A stretch of 64,000 bases of DNA from Candidatus Woesebacteria bacterium (GCA_013374835.1 CP055307.1:146622-210621); one strand, 5' to 3'. Positions 29,050 to 38,440 are shown, counted from the stretch's first letter. Numbers and translations: made by a program. Notes: generated by a model from the letters alone, not told the origin.

Positions 29050-29589
29050 ATGTCTATCTACACCAAAAAGGGGGACAAAGGAACAACATCGCTTTTTAAC
29101 CCCGCACTTTACAAAGAAAAAAGAATTCCAAAAAGTGCCCAAAGAATAAGAGTAATAGGCGAAATAGATGAACTAAATAGCTTTCTTGGTATTATTTCAT
29201 CCAAAATTAGAAATAAAGATACTAAAAAATTTATTATCAAAATTCAAAAAAATTTATTTACCATAAACGCTGTTATTGCAGGTGCCAAATTGTCTTTCAA
29301 AAACGAAGAAACAAAGTTTTTGGAAAAAAAGATTGACAAAATCGAAAAATTGCTTCCGCCGCTCAAAAATTTCATAATACCGGGCGGAGACACTCTGGCC
29401 AGCGAAGTTATGTACGCTCGCACAATAGCAAGAAGGGCAGAAAGAGAGCTTGTTGCTTTGAGCAAAAAGGAAAAAGTCAAACCAAGCCTGCTCAAATACA
29501 TTAACAGACTTTCTGACGCTCTCTTTATGGTCTCAAGAAACATAAATTTTGCAAAAGGCAAAAAAGAGACTCCTTGGAAGCCTCGCTAA
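29050..29589 (+). CDS. PduO-type cob(I)alamin adenosyltransferase
   Basis: IYTKKGDKGTT, GEIDELNS, FIIPGG, RTIARRAER, YINRLSD. Confidence 0.93.
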   Translation: MSIYTKKGDKGTTSLFNPALYKEKRIPKSAQRIRVIGEIDELNSFLGIISSKIRNKDTKKFIIKIQKNLFTINAVIAGAKLSFKNEETKFLEKKIDKIEKLLPPLKNFIIPGGDTLASEVMYARTIARRAERELVALSKKEKVKPSLLKYINRLSDALFMVSRNINFAKGKKETPWKPR

Positions 29590-29608
29590 AGGTGTTAAAA
29601 TAAGCTAT

Positions 29609-29944
29609 ATGGTTGTACCCCCCGAGAAGGAATCGGTTCTAAAAGAATTTGAAATACCCGACGAGCCTGAAATTGGCGAAGGCGCAAGAGAAGCGGGTGT
29701 TTCTGTGCGTCCAGTGTATCCCAGGGTGCCTCCACCTCTTACGCCAAGTAGCGGAGCAACGACCCTTCAAAGAAGAGAAAAAAATGTTCGAAGCGTTGAA
29801 TTTGCTTATCCACAAAATGTATATGAAGATATGTCAAAAGGTTCAGCGTCTGATTCTAAGACCTGGTACGGTGTATTTAATTTAAGAAGAATCAAAAAAG
29901 CACTATTAAAAGGTTTAAGAGTAATTTTAAAAGCAGAAAAATGA
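29609..29944 (+). CDS. Hypothetical protein
   Basis: ORF overlaps the next gene by ATGA; start follows an extended -10. Confidence 0.55.
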   Translation: MVVPPEKESVLKEFEIPDEPEIGEGAREAGVSVRPVYPRVPPPLTPSSGATTLQRREKNVRSVEFAYPQNVYEDMSKGSASDSKTWYGVFNLRRIKKALLKGLRVILKAEK

Positions 29945-32283
29945 ATACTTCCACACTCACCCAAAGCATTACAGTTTTTTTCATCTTTTTGTTTTTGTTG
30001 ACATTTTTTTTCATTTTATTTGGCTTTATTGCTTGGTCAATAGCTCTTTATTATCGGCAAAAAGAAAGAGAAAAAAAGTCTCTTGAAGCAGTTCTTCTTC
30101 AGGTTGCCACTCCTAGAGGAAATGAAATAAAGCCGGACGCAATGGAGCAGTTAATAGGGGCTCTCCATTCTATAAAAAAAAGTGGTTGGAAAACACGAAT
30201 CTATGGCCAACCATGTATATCTTTTGAAATAGTAGCCAAACGGGAGGACATTAGATTTTATGTTTGGACGTTTAAAAACCAAAAAGATCTTTTAGAAAAA
30301 CAAATCCACGGCGCTTATCCCGATGCACAAATAACAGAAGTTCCCGAATACAATATATTTTCAGAAAACGGAAAGGTGGCATATAAAGCACTTCAATTAA
30401 AAAAAGATAATTTTTATCCGATAAAGACATTTAAAGAACTGCCCACAGATCCGCTCGCATCAATCACTTCTTCTCTGGCAAAAATGGGGGAAAATGAAGC
30501 CGCATCAATTCAAATCCTTATTTCTCCCGTCGATTCGTCCTGGCAAACCCAAGGCAAAAATTACATTTCACAAACAAAAAAACAGGAATCCGATCCAGAA
30601 AAAGCAAAATATTCTGTGCCAGTCAAAACCCTAGAGGCTGTAGAGAATAAAATCTCAAAGCCCGGCTTTGAGGTTTCAATTAGGCTGGTAGTGGTTTCGG
30701 AAACAGAGGATTCCGCTAAGGCGCACCTAGGAAATGTAGTAAGCGCTTTTTCACAATTCGATGGAGACTTAAACGGCTTTGGTTCAAGAAAAATAAGAAA
30801 CAAAGGGGCATTTATCGAAGATTTTATTTACAGATATCACCCCCTTTTCCATTTTGGCAAAAATAGAATATCAATCCTAAACGCGGAAGAAATCGCCACA
30901 ATTTTTCATTTTCCAAACAAACTTATAACAACACCGCATATCTACTGGCTTAACGCAAAGCGCGCTCCGGCACCAGCAGAAATACCTACACAAGGACTCT
31001 ATCTTGGCATAAGTAGCTATAGAGGCGTAAAACGTGAAGTCTTCATTTCGGATCCGGATAGATTAAGGCACATGTATATAATTGGACGCACAGGTACGGG
31101 TAAATCCGAGTTTCTCAAAAACATGATCAGGCAGGATATAAACGAAGGAAAGGGTTTGTGTTTTATGGATCCTCACGGAGATGCAGTAGAAGACATTCTA
31201 AATTTTATCCCACCAGAACGCGCAGAAGACGTTATTTATTTTCGCCCGTCCGACTCAGAAAGACCAATGGGACTAAATCTTCTGGAAGCTAAAACAGAAG
31301 ACCAGCAGCATTTTGCAGCAACAGCGGTTATTAATATGATGTACAAGCTCTTTGATCCCTACAAAACCGGAATAGTAGGTCCTAGATTTGAACATGGTGT
31401 AAGAAATGCAATGCTTACAGTAATGCAGGGAATGGAAGGGGGAACATTTATAGAAGTAATGAAAGTAATGACAAACTCACGTTTTGTCCAGGAACTTTTG
31501 CCGAGAGTTAAGGATCCAATAGTCAGAAGTTATTGGCAAGACCAAATTGCTCAAACTTCAGATTTTCATAAATCCGAAGTTCTTGACTATACTGTTTCTA
31601 AATTTGGCCGCTTCGTGACAAACAGAATGGTACGCAACATAATCGGTCAATCAAAATCTTCCTTCTCATTTAGAGACATAATGGATAACGGCAAAATCCT
31701 GCTTATCAACCTTTCCAAGGGAGAGCTGGGCGAGGAAAACAGTAGCTTTCTGGGTCTGGTTCTTGTACCAAGAATACTTATGGCCGCTATGAGTCGATCG
31801 GATATTCCTGAAGAAAATAGGCGTGACTTTTATCTTTATGTAGACGAGTTTCAGAATTTTGCAACGCCCGATTTTGCTCAGATTTTATCCGAGGCAAGAA
31901 AATACAAGTTAAGCTTGACTGTTGCAAACCAATTCATAGGTCAAGTTGATGAGGAGGTAAAAAACGCTGTATTTGGAAACGTTGGAACCCTAATTTCATT
32001 TAGAGTTGGGGTTAATGACGCAAACTACTTAACCCACGAATTTAGCCCTGTTTTTGGCGAAGATGATCTCTTAAACATTGAGCGCTATCATGCTTTTGTC
32101 AAAACAATTGTTAACAACGAACCCGTACCTCCTTTTTCAATGGATACAACAATGAATTTGGAAGAAATCGCAAAAAAAAGAAACATCAAAGTAGCCGAAG
32201 TTATCAAAGAAATGAGCAGACTAAAATACGGTAAGGATGTAAGGTTGGTAGAATCGGAAATAAATTCAAGAGCAAAGCTTTAA
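29941..32283 (+). CDS. Membrane-anchored VirD4/TraG-like (type IV coupling protein/HerA-related) ATPase
   Basis: N-terminal TM helix, RHMYIIGRTGTGKS (Walker A), DPHGD, LYVDEFQNF (Walker B), SEARKY, ANQ. Confidence 0.85.
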   Translation: MNTSTLTQSITVFFIFLFLLTFFFILFGFIAWSIALYYRQKEREKKSLEAVLLQVATPRGNEIKPDAMEQLIGALHSIKKSGWKTRIYGQPCISFEIVAKREDIRFYVWTFKNQKDLLEKQIHGAYPDAQITEVPEYNIFSENGKVAYKALQLKKDNFYPIKTFKELPTDPLASITSSLAKMGENEAASIQILISPVDSSWQTQGKNYISQTKKQESDPEKAKYSVPVKTLEAVENKISKPGFEVSIRLVVVSETEDSAKAHLGNVVSAFSQFDGDLNGFGSRKIRNKGAFIEDFIYRYHPLFHFGKNRISILNAEEIATIFHFPNKLITTPHIYWLNAKRAPAPAEIPTQGLYLGISSYRGVKREVFISDPDRLRHMYIIGRTGTGKSEFLKNMIRQDINEGKGLCFMDPHGDAVEDILNFIPPERAEDVIYFRPSDSERPMGLNLLEAKTEDQQHFAATAVINMMYKLFDPYKTGIVGPRFEHGVRNAMLTVMQGMEGGTFIEVMKVMTNSRFVQELLPRVKDPIVRSYWQDQIAQTSDFHKSEVLDYTVSKFGRFVTNRMVRNIIGQSKSSFSFRDIMDNGKILLINLSKGELGEENSSFLGLVLVPRILMAAMSRSDIPEENRRDFYLYVDEFQNFATPDFAQILSEARKYKLSLTVANQFIGQVDEEVKNAVFGNVGTLISFRVGVNDANYLTHEFSPVFGEDDLLNIERYHAFVKTIVNNEPVPPFSMDTTMNLEEIAKKRNIKVAEVIKEMSRLKYGKDVRLVESEINSRAKL

Positions 32284-32310
32284 AAATTTTGCTAAAATAC
32301 CCTAAGTTTA

Positions 32311-32383
32311 GGATGCGTAGCTCAGTGGTTAGAGCACCGATCTTATAAGTCGGGGGTCGATGGTTCAAATCCATCCGCATCCA
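32311..32383 (+). tRNA. tRNA-Ile (anticodon UAU)
   Basis: Acceptor GGATGCG/CGCATCC, D arm GCTC/GAGC, anticodon arm CCGAT-CTTATAA-GTCGG, T arm GATGG-TTCAAAT-CCATC, discriminator A; CCA not encoded. Confidence 0.93.
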
Positions 32384-32480
32384 CCCTATAAGCCTCGGAA
32401 TTGAAAGAACATGCTAGCTTGATTATATAATGGTGATTAAACTCCAAAGATCGTTTCTTGATTTAAACTACAATTATTCA

Positions 32481-32681
32481 ATGCCAAATAGAAAATCGAG
32501 GCCTTTAGGTAGATCGAGAAGTACTTGTTATTTGAGCGTGGTATGCCCAAACAATATCAGAAATATTGTTTGGGATTATCTTGCATCAGGCACTCTCGAC
32601 ACTGATACAAGATTGTCCCTGCATTCAGAAGAAAACTTTGCCGATGCTTTGGAAAAGATGAATATCCTGAAGAATATATAA
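32481..32681 (+). CDS. Small hypothetical protein
   Basis: Short ORF downstream of the tRNA; ATG 32481 lies 6 nt after TACAAT (alternative start 32430). Confidence 0.4.
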   Translation: MPNRKSRPLGRSRSTCYLSVVCPNNIRNIVWDYLASGTLDTDTRLSLHSEENFADALEKMNILKNI

Positions 32682-32691
32682 CAAAACCATT

Positions 32692-33555
32692 TTAGAGCTC
32701 CTCAAGCTGCTGCTTTTTTCCGGGTTCTTTAATTTCGGCAAGCTCCAAATAACGCTCTGTAGTAGAAAGTCTCTTATGTCCTACAGCGTGAGATATGGTT
32801 ACCAGGTCGACATTTCTTTTAAGATTCTCAACTATAAAAGTAGTTCTAAGATCATTAACGGAATATTCCGGTATTTCGGCCTTTTGCATATACCTATCAA
32901 TTGCAGCACGTATATTTCGAACAGCTAAAGGCTTCCCGTTTTTGCTGACAAAAAGATATTCGGACTTAGTGTTCGGCCTTATTCTTATATATTCTTCAAT
33001 TGCAACCAAGGCGGCTCTGTTAAGTTGTACCGTCCTTTCGGGTTGTGTGGCGTAGGATTCAATAACTACGCGATCCTTTTTGATATTGTTAAACTTTAGA
33101 TTCGCAACCTCGGAAATTCTCATTCCCGTCTGGAGAATAAGCTCAACAATAGCGGCAATTCTGGGATCCGTTCTAACAACGTCTCTTAGAGCCCTATACT
33201 CAAGTTGAGACAAAAATTTTGGCAAAGAAGTCTTAATTTTAGGGTGGTCAACATCTTGTGAAGGATCGCTCGAAATAATTTTTTTATCCTTAATCCATCT
33301 AAAAAAGGTTTTTATCGCATTAAGCTTTCTGGATACGGTTTTGGGAGTGTATTTTTGATTCAATAGAAAATCGCGAAATCCCTCAAGATCACCTTGCTTA
33401 ATGTGGCTTGGGAGGACCTTGTTGTGTTGTGCAAGAAAGTCAACAAGCTGCTCAAGATCAGATTTATAGGCTAAAATCGTAGAAGGTGAACGGCCTTTTT
33501 CCTTTAAATCATCTATGAATTTTGGCAGAAGAGATTTTAGCGATTCCTCATTCAT
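32692..33555 (-). CDS. XerC/XerD-like tyrosine recombinase
   Basis: SAM-like N-terminal domain (S..TI.AY..DL), TGMRISE, NDLR (HxxR variant), GH...TT.RY. Confidence 0.88.
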   Translation of the reverse strand: MNEESLKSLLPKFIDDLKEKGRSPSTILAYKSDLEQLVDFLAQHNKVLPSHIKQGDLEGFRDFLLNQKYTPKTVSRKLNAIKTFFRWIKDKKIISSDPSQDVDHPKIKTSLPKFLSQLEYRALRDVVRTDPRIAAIVELILQTGMRISEVANLKFNNIKKDRVVIESYATQPERTVQLNRAALVAIEEYIRIRPNTKSEYLFVSKNGKPLAVRNIRAAIDRYMQKAEIPEYSVNDLRTTFIVENLKRNVDLVTISHAVGHKRLSTTERYLELAEIKEPGKKQQLEEL

Positions 33556-33665
33556 TTTAATTCTTATTTTATTTGTCTATCTATAATAACACAAATGTCA
33601 TTTCCGTCAATATTATAAGATACATTTTGGGCCTCAATTTGTGATTCAAACTCGATTAATCTAAG

Positions 33666-34052
33666 ATGTGTTATATGAATTATCTTTTTTCAAAACTCGG
33701 CTCGTTTCGCAAGGTTGTTTTTTTTCTTCTTGCTGTTTTTTTGGCACTATCCCTAGTTAGAAATATTCAAAAGATCCGTAAAGCAAACGAAAAAATCGAT
33801 AACGCAGAAAAAAAACTTGAAGATTTAAACAAAGAAAGTCTGCTGTTGCAAAAAAAGCTTAAAGAAGTGGAAAGCACTAATTTTATAGAAAAAGAAGCCC
33901 GAGATAAGCTCGGATTGGCAAAAGAGGGAGAAATCGTTTTAATTCTTCCTGAAGATGAAGTTCTTAGAAAACTTTCACCCAAGGAGGGAAGTGAAGAAGA
34001 AATTTTGCTCACAGAAGAAAACTGGAAAGAATGGTTTAAACTTTTTTTCTAG
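33666..34052 (+). CDS. Septum formation initiator (FtsB/DivIC family)
   Basis: TM helix, coiled coil, FIEKEARDKLGLAKEGE. Confidence 0.85.
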   Translation: MCYMNYLFSKLGSFRKVVFFLLAVFLALSLVRNIQKIRKANEKIDNAEKKLEDLNKESLLLQKKLKEVESTNFIEKEARDKLGLAKEGEIVLILPEDEVLRKLSPKEGSEEEILLTEENWKEWFKLFF

Positions 34053-34063
34053 AACGCATTTAT

Positions 34064-34092
34064 TTGAATCACAAGGGTATAATTGATATAGT
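34064..34092 (+). promoter_or_regulatory. Promoter of the tRNA-Met, tRNA-Met, trpS unit
   Basis: TTGAAT, 17-nt spacer, TATAGT with TG extension. Confidence 0.55.
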
Positions 34093-34101
34093 ATCAATAC
34101 G

Positions 34102-34171
34102 TGCGGGGTAGTGTAGGGTTGCACGGAAGGCTCATAATCTTCCAGACCGGGTTCAACTCCCGGCCCCGCAA
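34102..34171 (+). tRNA. tRNA-Met(CAU), initiator-like acceptor stem, atypical
   Basis: TGCGGGG/CCCCGCA acceptor, GTGT/GCAC D stem, GAAGG-CTCATAA-TCTTC anticodon arm, CCGGG-TTCAACT-CCCGG T arm. Confidence 0.88.
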
Positions 34172-34206
34172 CAAGATAGCGCTAATAGCCAGCAAGTTTA
34201 GTATAG

Positions 34207-34279
34207 GCCAGGGTAGCTCAGTCGGCAGAGCACAGGATTCATAAACCTGCGGTCGTGGGTTCGATCCCCACCCCTGGTA
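34207..34279 (+). tRNA. tRNA-Met(CAU), probably elongator
   Basis: GCCAGGG/CCCTGGT acceptor, GCTC/GAGC D stem, CAGGA-TTCATAA-ACCTG anticodon arm, GTGGG-TTCGATC-CCCAC T arm. Confidence 0.9.
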
Positions 34280-34282
34280 CCG

Positions 34283-35287
34283 ATGAATAAAACGAGAGTA
34301 CTTGCTGGTATGAGATCAAGCGGCAGGCTTCATTTAGGCAACTATTTAGGCGCGGCCAAAGGTATGATTGCACTTCAAAACAAGAATAATAACGAGTGTT
34401 TCTATATGGTTGCTGATCTTCATACTATGACCACACCCTTTGATAAAAAGACCATAAGAGCTCAAAGCATAGACGTGATTCTAGATTACCTTGCAGCAGG
34501 CCTGGATCCGAACAAATCAACTATTTTCATCCAATCGGAAGTCCCTGAGCACATAGAGCTCTCCTTTTATTTTTCAACTGTCGTTTCATTGGCAAAGATG
34601 ACGCACCTACCTACGTTTAAAGAAAAGGTGCGCGAAAATCCGGATTTCGTATCCATAGCGCTTGTTAATTACCCCGTCCTTATGGCAGCGGATATTCTAA
34701 TTTATAAAGCGGAACTAGTGCCTGTCGGTATTGACCAAGAACCCCATCTTGAAGTAGCACGCGACATAGCCAAAAAGATGAATGGGACTTTTGGTACAAA
34801 TTTCCCCGAGCCCAAAAGATTTACCACAAAAGGCGAATATATCCCCAGCCTGACCGGTGAGGGTAAAATGAGCAAATCAATAGAAGGTAGTTATATCCTC
34901 CTGACAGATAATTACGAACAAATTAAAAGTCGTTTGGCAAAAGTGCCTACAGATAGCGGAAGAGGAAACAAGATTCCTGAAAGTGGTGGAGTGGCGGTTC
35001 TTTTTAAAGCTGTCGAAATTTTTGAAGGTAAAGAAAAAGCTGAAGAATATAAAAAAGCATATCTTGGTAAAGGGATTCAATATAAAAATCTTAAAGAAAA
35101 TCTCGCCAAAGCAATCTATTCTGAGCTCAAGCCAATTCAAGAGAAAAGAAAAAAACTGGAAAAAAATACAGATTATGTTGAACAAATTTTAGTTAGCGGT
35201 GCCCAAAAAGCACGTACCGAAGCACAAAAAACCATCTCGGAAGTACGGTCCAAACTGGGTCTAAATCCTTCTGGTGTTTTATCATGA
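34283..35287 (+). CDS. trpS: Tryptophan--tRNA ligase
   Basis: HLGNY (HIGH), YPVLMAADIL, VPVG.DQ..H, KMSKS. Confidence 0.96.
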   Translation: MNKTRVLAGMRSSGRLHLGNYLGAAKGMIALQNKNNNECFYMVADLHTMTTPFDKKTIRAQSIDVILDYLAAGLDPNKSTIFIQSEVPEHIELSFYFSTVVSLAKMTHLPTFKEKVRENPDFVSIALVNYPVLMAADILIYKAELVPVGIDQEPHLEVARDIAKKMNGTFGTNFPEPKRFTTKGEYIPSLTGEGKMSKSIEGSYILLTDNYEQIKSRLAKVPTDSGRGNKIPESGGVAVLFKAVEIFEGKEKAEEYKKAYLGKGIQYKNLKENLAKAIYSELKPIQEKRKKLEKNTDYVEQILVSGAQKARTEAQKTISEVRSKLGLNPSGVLS

Positions 35288-35631
35288 TATCAATCAAAGA
35301 TTTTCAAAAACTGGATTTAAGGATCGGAACGGTAATCAAAGCAGAAGTGCCCTCCTGGAGCCATTGGGTAACCAAACTTACGGTTGATTTTGGACAAGAA
35401 GTGGGTAAAAAAACCATCTTTGCAGGAATAATGCATTTTTACAAACCGAAAGATTTGGAAAAAAAGCAGCTACCCTTCCTTATCAACATAGAGCCCAAAA
35501 AAATTGGCCCCGAAGGTGATTTTTCTGAAGGAATGCTCCTTGCGGCAACACACAAACTCAAAACCCCAATGGAAAAGCCGACCCTTCTTGTAGTAGAATC
35601 AAAAGTTCCAAACGGCACCAAAATTAGGTAA
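35284..35631 (+). CDS. Stand-alone tRNA-binding OB-fold protein (Trbp111/CsaA/MetRS C-terminal-like)
   Basis: DFQKLDLRIGTV, SEGMLLA, PNGTKIR. Confidence 0.88.
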   Translation: MISIKDFQKLDLRIGTVIKAEVPSWSHWVTKLTVDFGQEVGKKTIFAGIMHFYKPKDLEKKQLPFLINIEPKKIGPEGDFSEGMLLAATHKLKTPMEKPTLLVVESKVPNGTKIR

Positions 35632-35681
35632 ATAAAAGATTGGCAATCCGAGAATCTGAGTGATATAATCCCTCATAGCTT

Positions 35682-37517
35682 ATGAAAAATAAAAAGAAAG
35701 TCGAGCTTAAATTCAAATTCAATCTGGGCAAAATAATAATTGTCGCACTTTTAATTCTTTTTATCGCACCCTTTTTCCTTGCACTGCTTCAAGAAGGGAT
35801 AGACCAGGGTAAAATCGACGTCTCTCAAGGCTTAAGCGATATCAAAAACGGTCTTATTGAAGAAGTCGAAGTCGAAGATGAAAGATTAACTTTCAAATAC
35901 AAAAACGAAGATGTAAAAATAGCCATAAAAGAAAGCGGGATAAGCTTTCCTGAGCTTCTTGAAGCCTATCAGATTGATCCGGCTACGATAAGTTATCGCG
36001 TCGTAGATAACACTCTGATTCGTCTGGTAGGGGAAATTGCAAGCATCCTGCTTCCTTTAATCTTAATGGCTGCCTTTTTTTATTTTTTAATAAAAATGCA
36101 AAGCCGTGGAGCCCAGGATATTTTTTCGTTTGGTCGAAGTAAGGCGAGACTGTTTGCAAAAGGAAAACAATCGGTTAATTTCGCCGATGTAGCAGGAGTT
36201 GATGATGCTAAAAAAGAGCTGGAGGAAGTAGTGGATTTTCTAAAAAATCCTGTTAAATATAGAAAAATAGGCGCAAGAACGCCAAAGGGTGTGATTCTGG
36301 TTGGCCCTGCGGGTGTCGGTAAAACCCTTCTTGCAAAAGCAGTTGCAGGAGAAGCCGGAGTCCCGTTTTTTTCAATGGCTGGATCCGAGTTTATGGAAAT
36401 GCTCGTTGGAGTAGGTGCAAGCCGTGTCCGCGACCTTTTTGCAAACGCAAAGGCAGCAGCCCCGTCAATAATTTTTATAGATGAAATAGATGCAATAGGT
36501 CGCCAGAGAGGAAGGGGAATCATGGGAGGTCACGACGAGCGCGAGCAGACGCTAAACCAAATTCTCGTTGAAATGGATGGATTCACACCCAACGACAATG
36601 TTATCGTTCTAGCAGCCACAAATAGGGGAGATCTTTTAGATCCGGCACTACTAAGACCCGGTAGGTTTGACAGAAGGGTATTGCTAGATATGCCGGATAA
36701 AGAAGGAAGAGTGGCTATTCTTAAAATTCATGCCAAAGGTAAAAAGTTCAAAAAATCTATAGATTGGGAAAAAGTTGCAGACAGAACAGTGGGCTTTTCA
36801 GGAGCCGATCTAGAAAACATGCTTAACGAAGCAGCAATTCTTGCAGCAAGAGAGGACAAAAAAGAAATAGCTCTCGAAGACATAGAGGAAGCGGCAACTA
36901 AAGTAAAGCTCGGTCCTGCCAAAAAGAGACTTCAGTCAGAAGAGGATAGGAAAATTACGGCGTATCACGAGGGAGGACACGCAATTACAGCTCATTTTCT
37001 TGAAAAGACAGATCCGGTCCAAAGAGTATCTATTGTCGCAAGAGGAGCAAGTCTTGGCCACACTTTTATTCCGCCGGCAGCGGACAGGACACACGAGACC
37101 CGTTCTCGACTAAAAGAGCAAATAACCGCAATGCTTGGTGGACGGGCTGCGGAAGAGCTAATTTTTGGTGAAATGACGGCCGGAGCGGCAAACGATATAG
37201 AAAAAGCTACCGAGCTCGCACGCGCCATGGTGATAGAACTCGGCATGAGCTCCCTTGGTCCTATTAATTTTTCGACCCAGCTTGACGAAGAGTCTCAAAA
37301 AAGATTATTTATGGGAGAAAATGTAGTCTCCGAAGATACTCAAAAACAAATAGACAAAGAAATTAGATTACTTATGAACCAAGCATATAAAAAAGCCCTT
37401 GAAATAATTAAGAAAAACAAAAAGACTCTCGACATTATTGCAAAAGAGCTTCTGGAAAAAGAAACCCTATCTCGCGAAGAGTTTGAGCGCATAGTTGGCA
37501 GAAAAAAAAGATTATGA
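35682..37517 (+). CDS. ftsH: ATP-dependent zinc metalloprotease FtsH
   Basis: Two TM helices, [28 protein letters not shown]. Confidence 0.98.
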   Translation: MKNKKKVELKFKFNLGKIIIVALLILFIAPFFLALLQEGIDQGKIDVSQGLSDIKNGLIEEVEVEDERLTFKYKNEDVKIAIKESGISFPELLEAYQIDPATISYRVVDNTLIRLVGEIASILLPLILMAAFFYFLIKMQSRGAQDIFSFGRSKARLFAKGKQSVNFADVAGVDDAKKELEEVVDFLKNPVKYRKIGARTPKGVILVGPAGVGKTLLAKAVAGEAGVPFFSMAGSEFMEMLVGVGASRVRDLFANAKAAAPSIIFIDEIDAIGRQRGRGIMGGHDEREQTLNQILVEMDGFTPNDNVIVLAATNRGDLLDPALLRPGRFDRRVLLDMPDKEGRVAILKIHAKGKKFKKSIDWEKVADRTVGFSGADLENMLNEAAILAAREDKKEIALEDIEEAATKVKLGPAKKRLQSEEDRKITAYHEGGHAITAHFLEKTDPVQRVSIVARGASLGHTFIPPAADRTHETRSRLKEQITAMLGGRAAEELIFGEMTAGAANDIEKATELARAMVIELGMSSLGPINFSTQLDEESQKRLFMGENVVSEDTQKQIDKEIRLLMNQAYKKALEIIKKNKKTLDIIAKELLEKETLSREEFERIVGRKKRL

Positions 37518-38440
37518 AAAAGCTCGTGCTTATAGATGGAAATGCGATTATGCATAGAGCATTCCACGCGCTTCCGCCGCTAACTACCCCCAAAAACGAA
37601 CCCATTGGAGCGGTCTATGGCTTTACATCAATGCTTCTGAAGGTAATCGAAGACCTAAACCCCGATTATATTTTCGTTTGTTTTGATAGAAAAGAACCGA
37701 CATTTAGAAAAAAACTTAGCAAAGATTATCAGGCTCATCGCCCCGAAACAGACACAAATTTGATACCTCAATTTACAAAGGTAAAACATCTTCTCAAAGC
37801 TTTAAATATTCCCGTTTACGAAAAAAAAGGGTTCGAAGCAGACGACCTTATCGGCACCATTTCCCACTCCGTTATTAGTCATCGATCATTAGCCATCAGT
37901 CATCAGTTAATCGATGAGGTTATAGTTGTCACCGGCGACCGCGACCTTCTTCAGCTTGTGAACGATAAAGTTAAAGTTTATCTCCCCATAAAGGGATTGT
38001 CACAAGCAAAGCTGATGGATAAAAAAGATGTGTTTAAGATGTTTGGGGTTACCCCCAAACAAGTTGTTGATTATAAAGCCTTGATCGGAGACCAGTCGGA
38101 CAACTACAAAGGAGTAGGTGGCATAGGCCCGAAAATAGCCTCAAATCTACTTCAAAAATACAACTCGCTGGAAAATATTTATGAACATTTAGATGAATTA
38201 CCAAAAGGTATTAAACAAAAGCTTAAAAAAGATAAAAATTCGGCATTGCTTTCCCAAAAACTTGCGCAAATTGTGAATGATGTACCAATCAAAATAAAAA
38301 AATTCCAAAAATGGGATCCATGTTCTTCCGATGTTAAAAAAATCCTAGACGAATTTGGTTTTAAAACGCTTGAGCAAAGAATATCAAAACTGTCAAAAAA
38401 GCAAATCTCAGAAAATCAAAAAAAACTTTTTAATATCTAA
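37514..38440 (+). CDS. Stand-alone 5'-3' exonuclease / flap endonuclease (PolA N-terminal domain)
   Basis: LIDGNA..HRAFHA, EADDLIGT, TGDRD, GDQSDN..GV.GIGPK; no polymerase domain. Confidence 0.92.
   Translation: MKKLVLIDGNAIMHRAFHALPPLTTPKNEPIGAVYGFTSMLLKVIEDLNPDYIFVCFDRKEPTFRKKLSKDYQAHRPETDTNLIPQFTKVKHLLKALNIPVYEKKGFEADDLIGTISHSVISHRSLAISHQLIDEVIVVTGDRDLLQLVNDKVKVYLPIKGLSQAKLMDKKDVFKMFGVTPKQVVDYKALIGDQSDNYKGVGGIGPKIASNLLQKYNSLENIYEHLDELPKGIKQKLKKDKNSALLSQKLAQIVNDVPIKIKKFQKWDPCSSDVKKILDEFGFKTLEQRISKLSKKQISENQKKLFNI
37872..37913 (+). repeat. Degenerate heptamer tandem repeat inside the exonuclease gene
   Basis: TTATTAG TCATCGA TCATTAG CCATCAG TCATCAG TTAATCG. Confidence 0.7.

Noticed and set aside
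32311-33555. tRNA next to a tyrosine recombinase suggesting an integrated prophage or island
   Set aside because: No duplicated tRNA 3' end (att site) was seen, there are no phage or cargo genes, the protein is Xer-sized without an arm-binding domain, and the flanks are housekeeping genes
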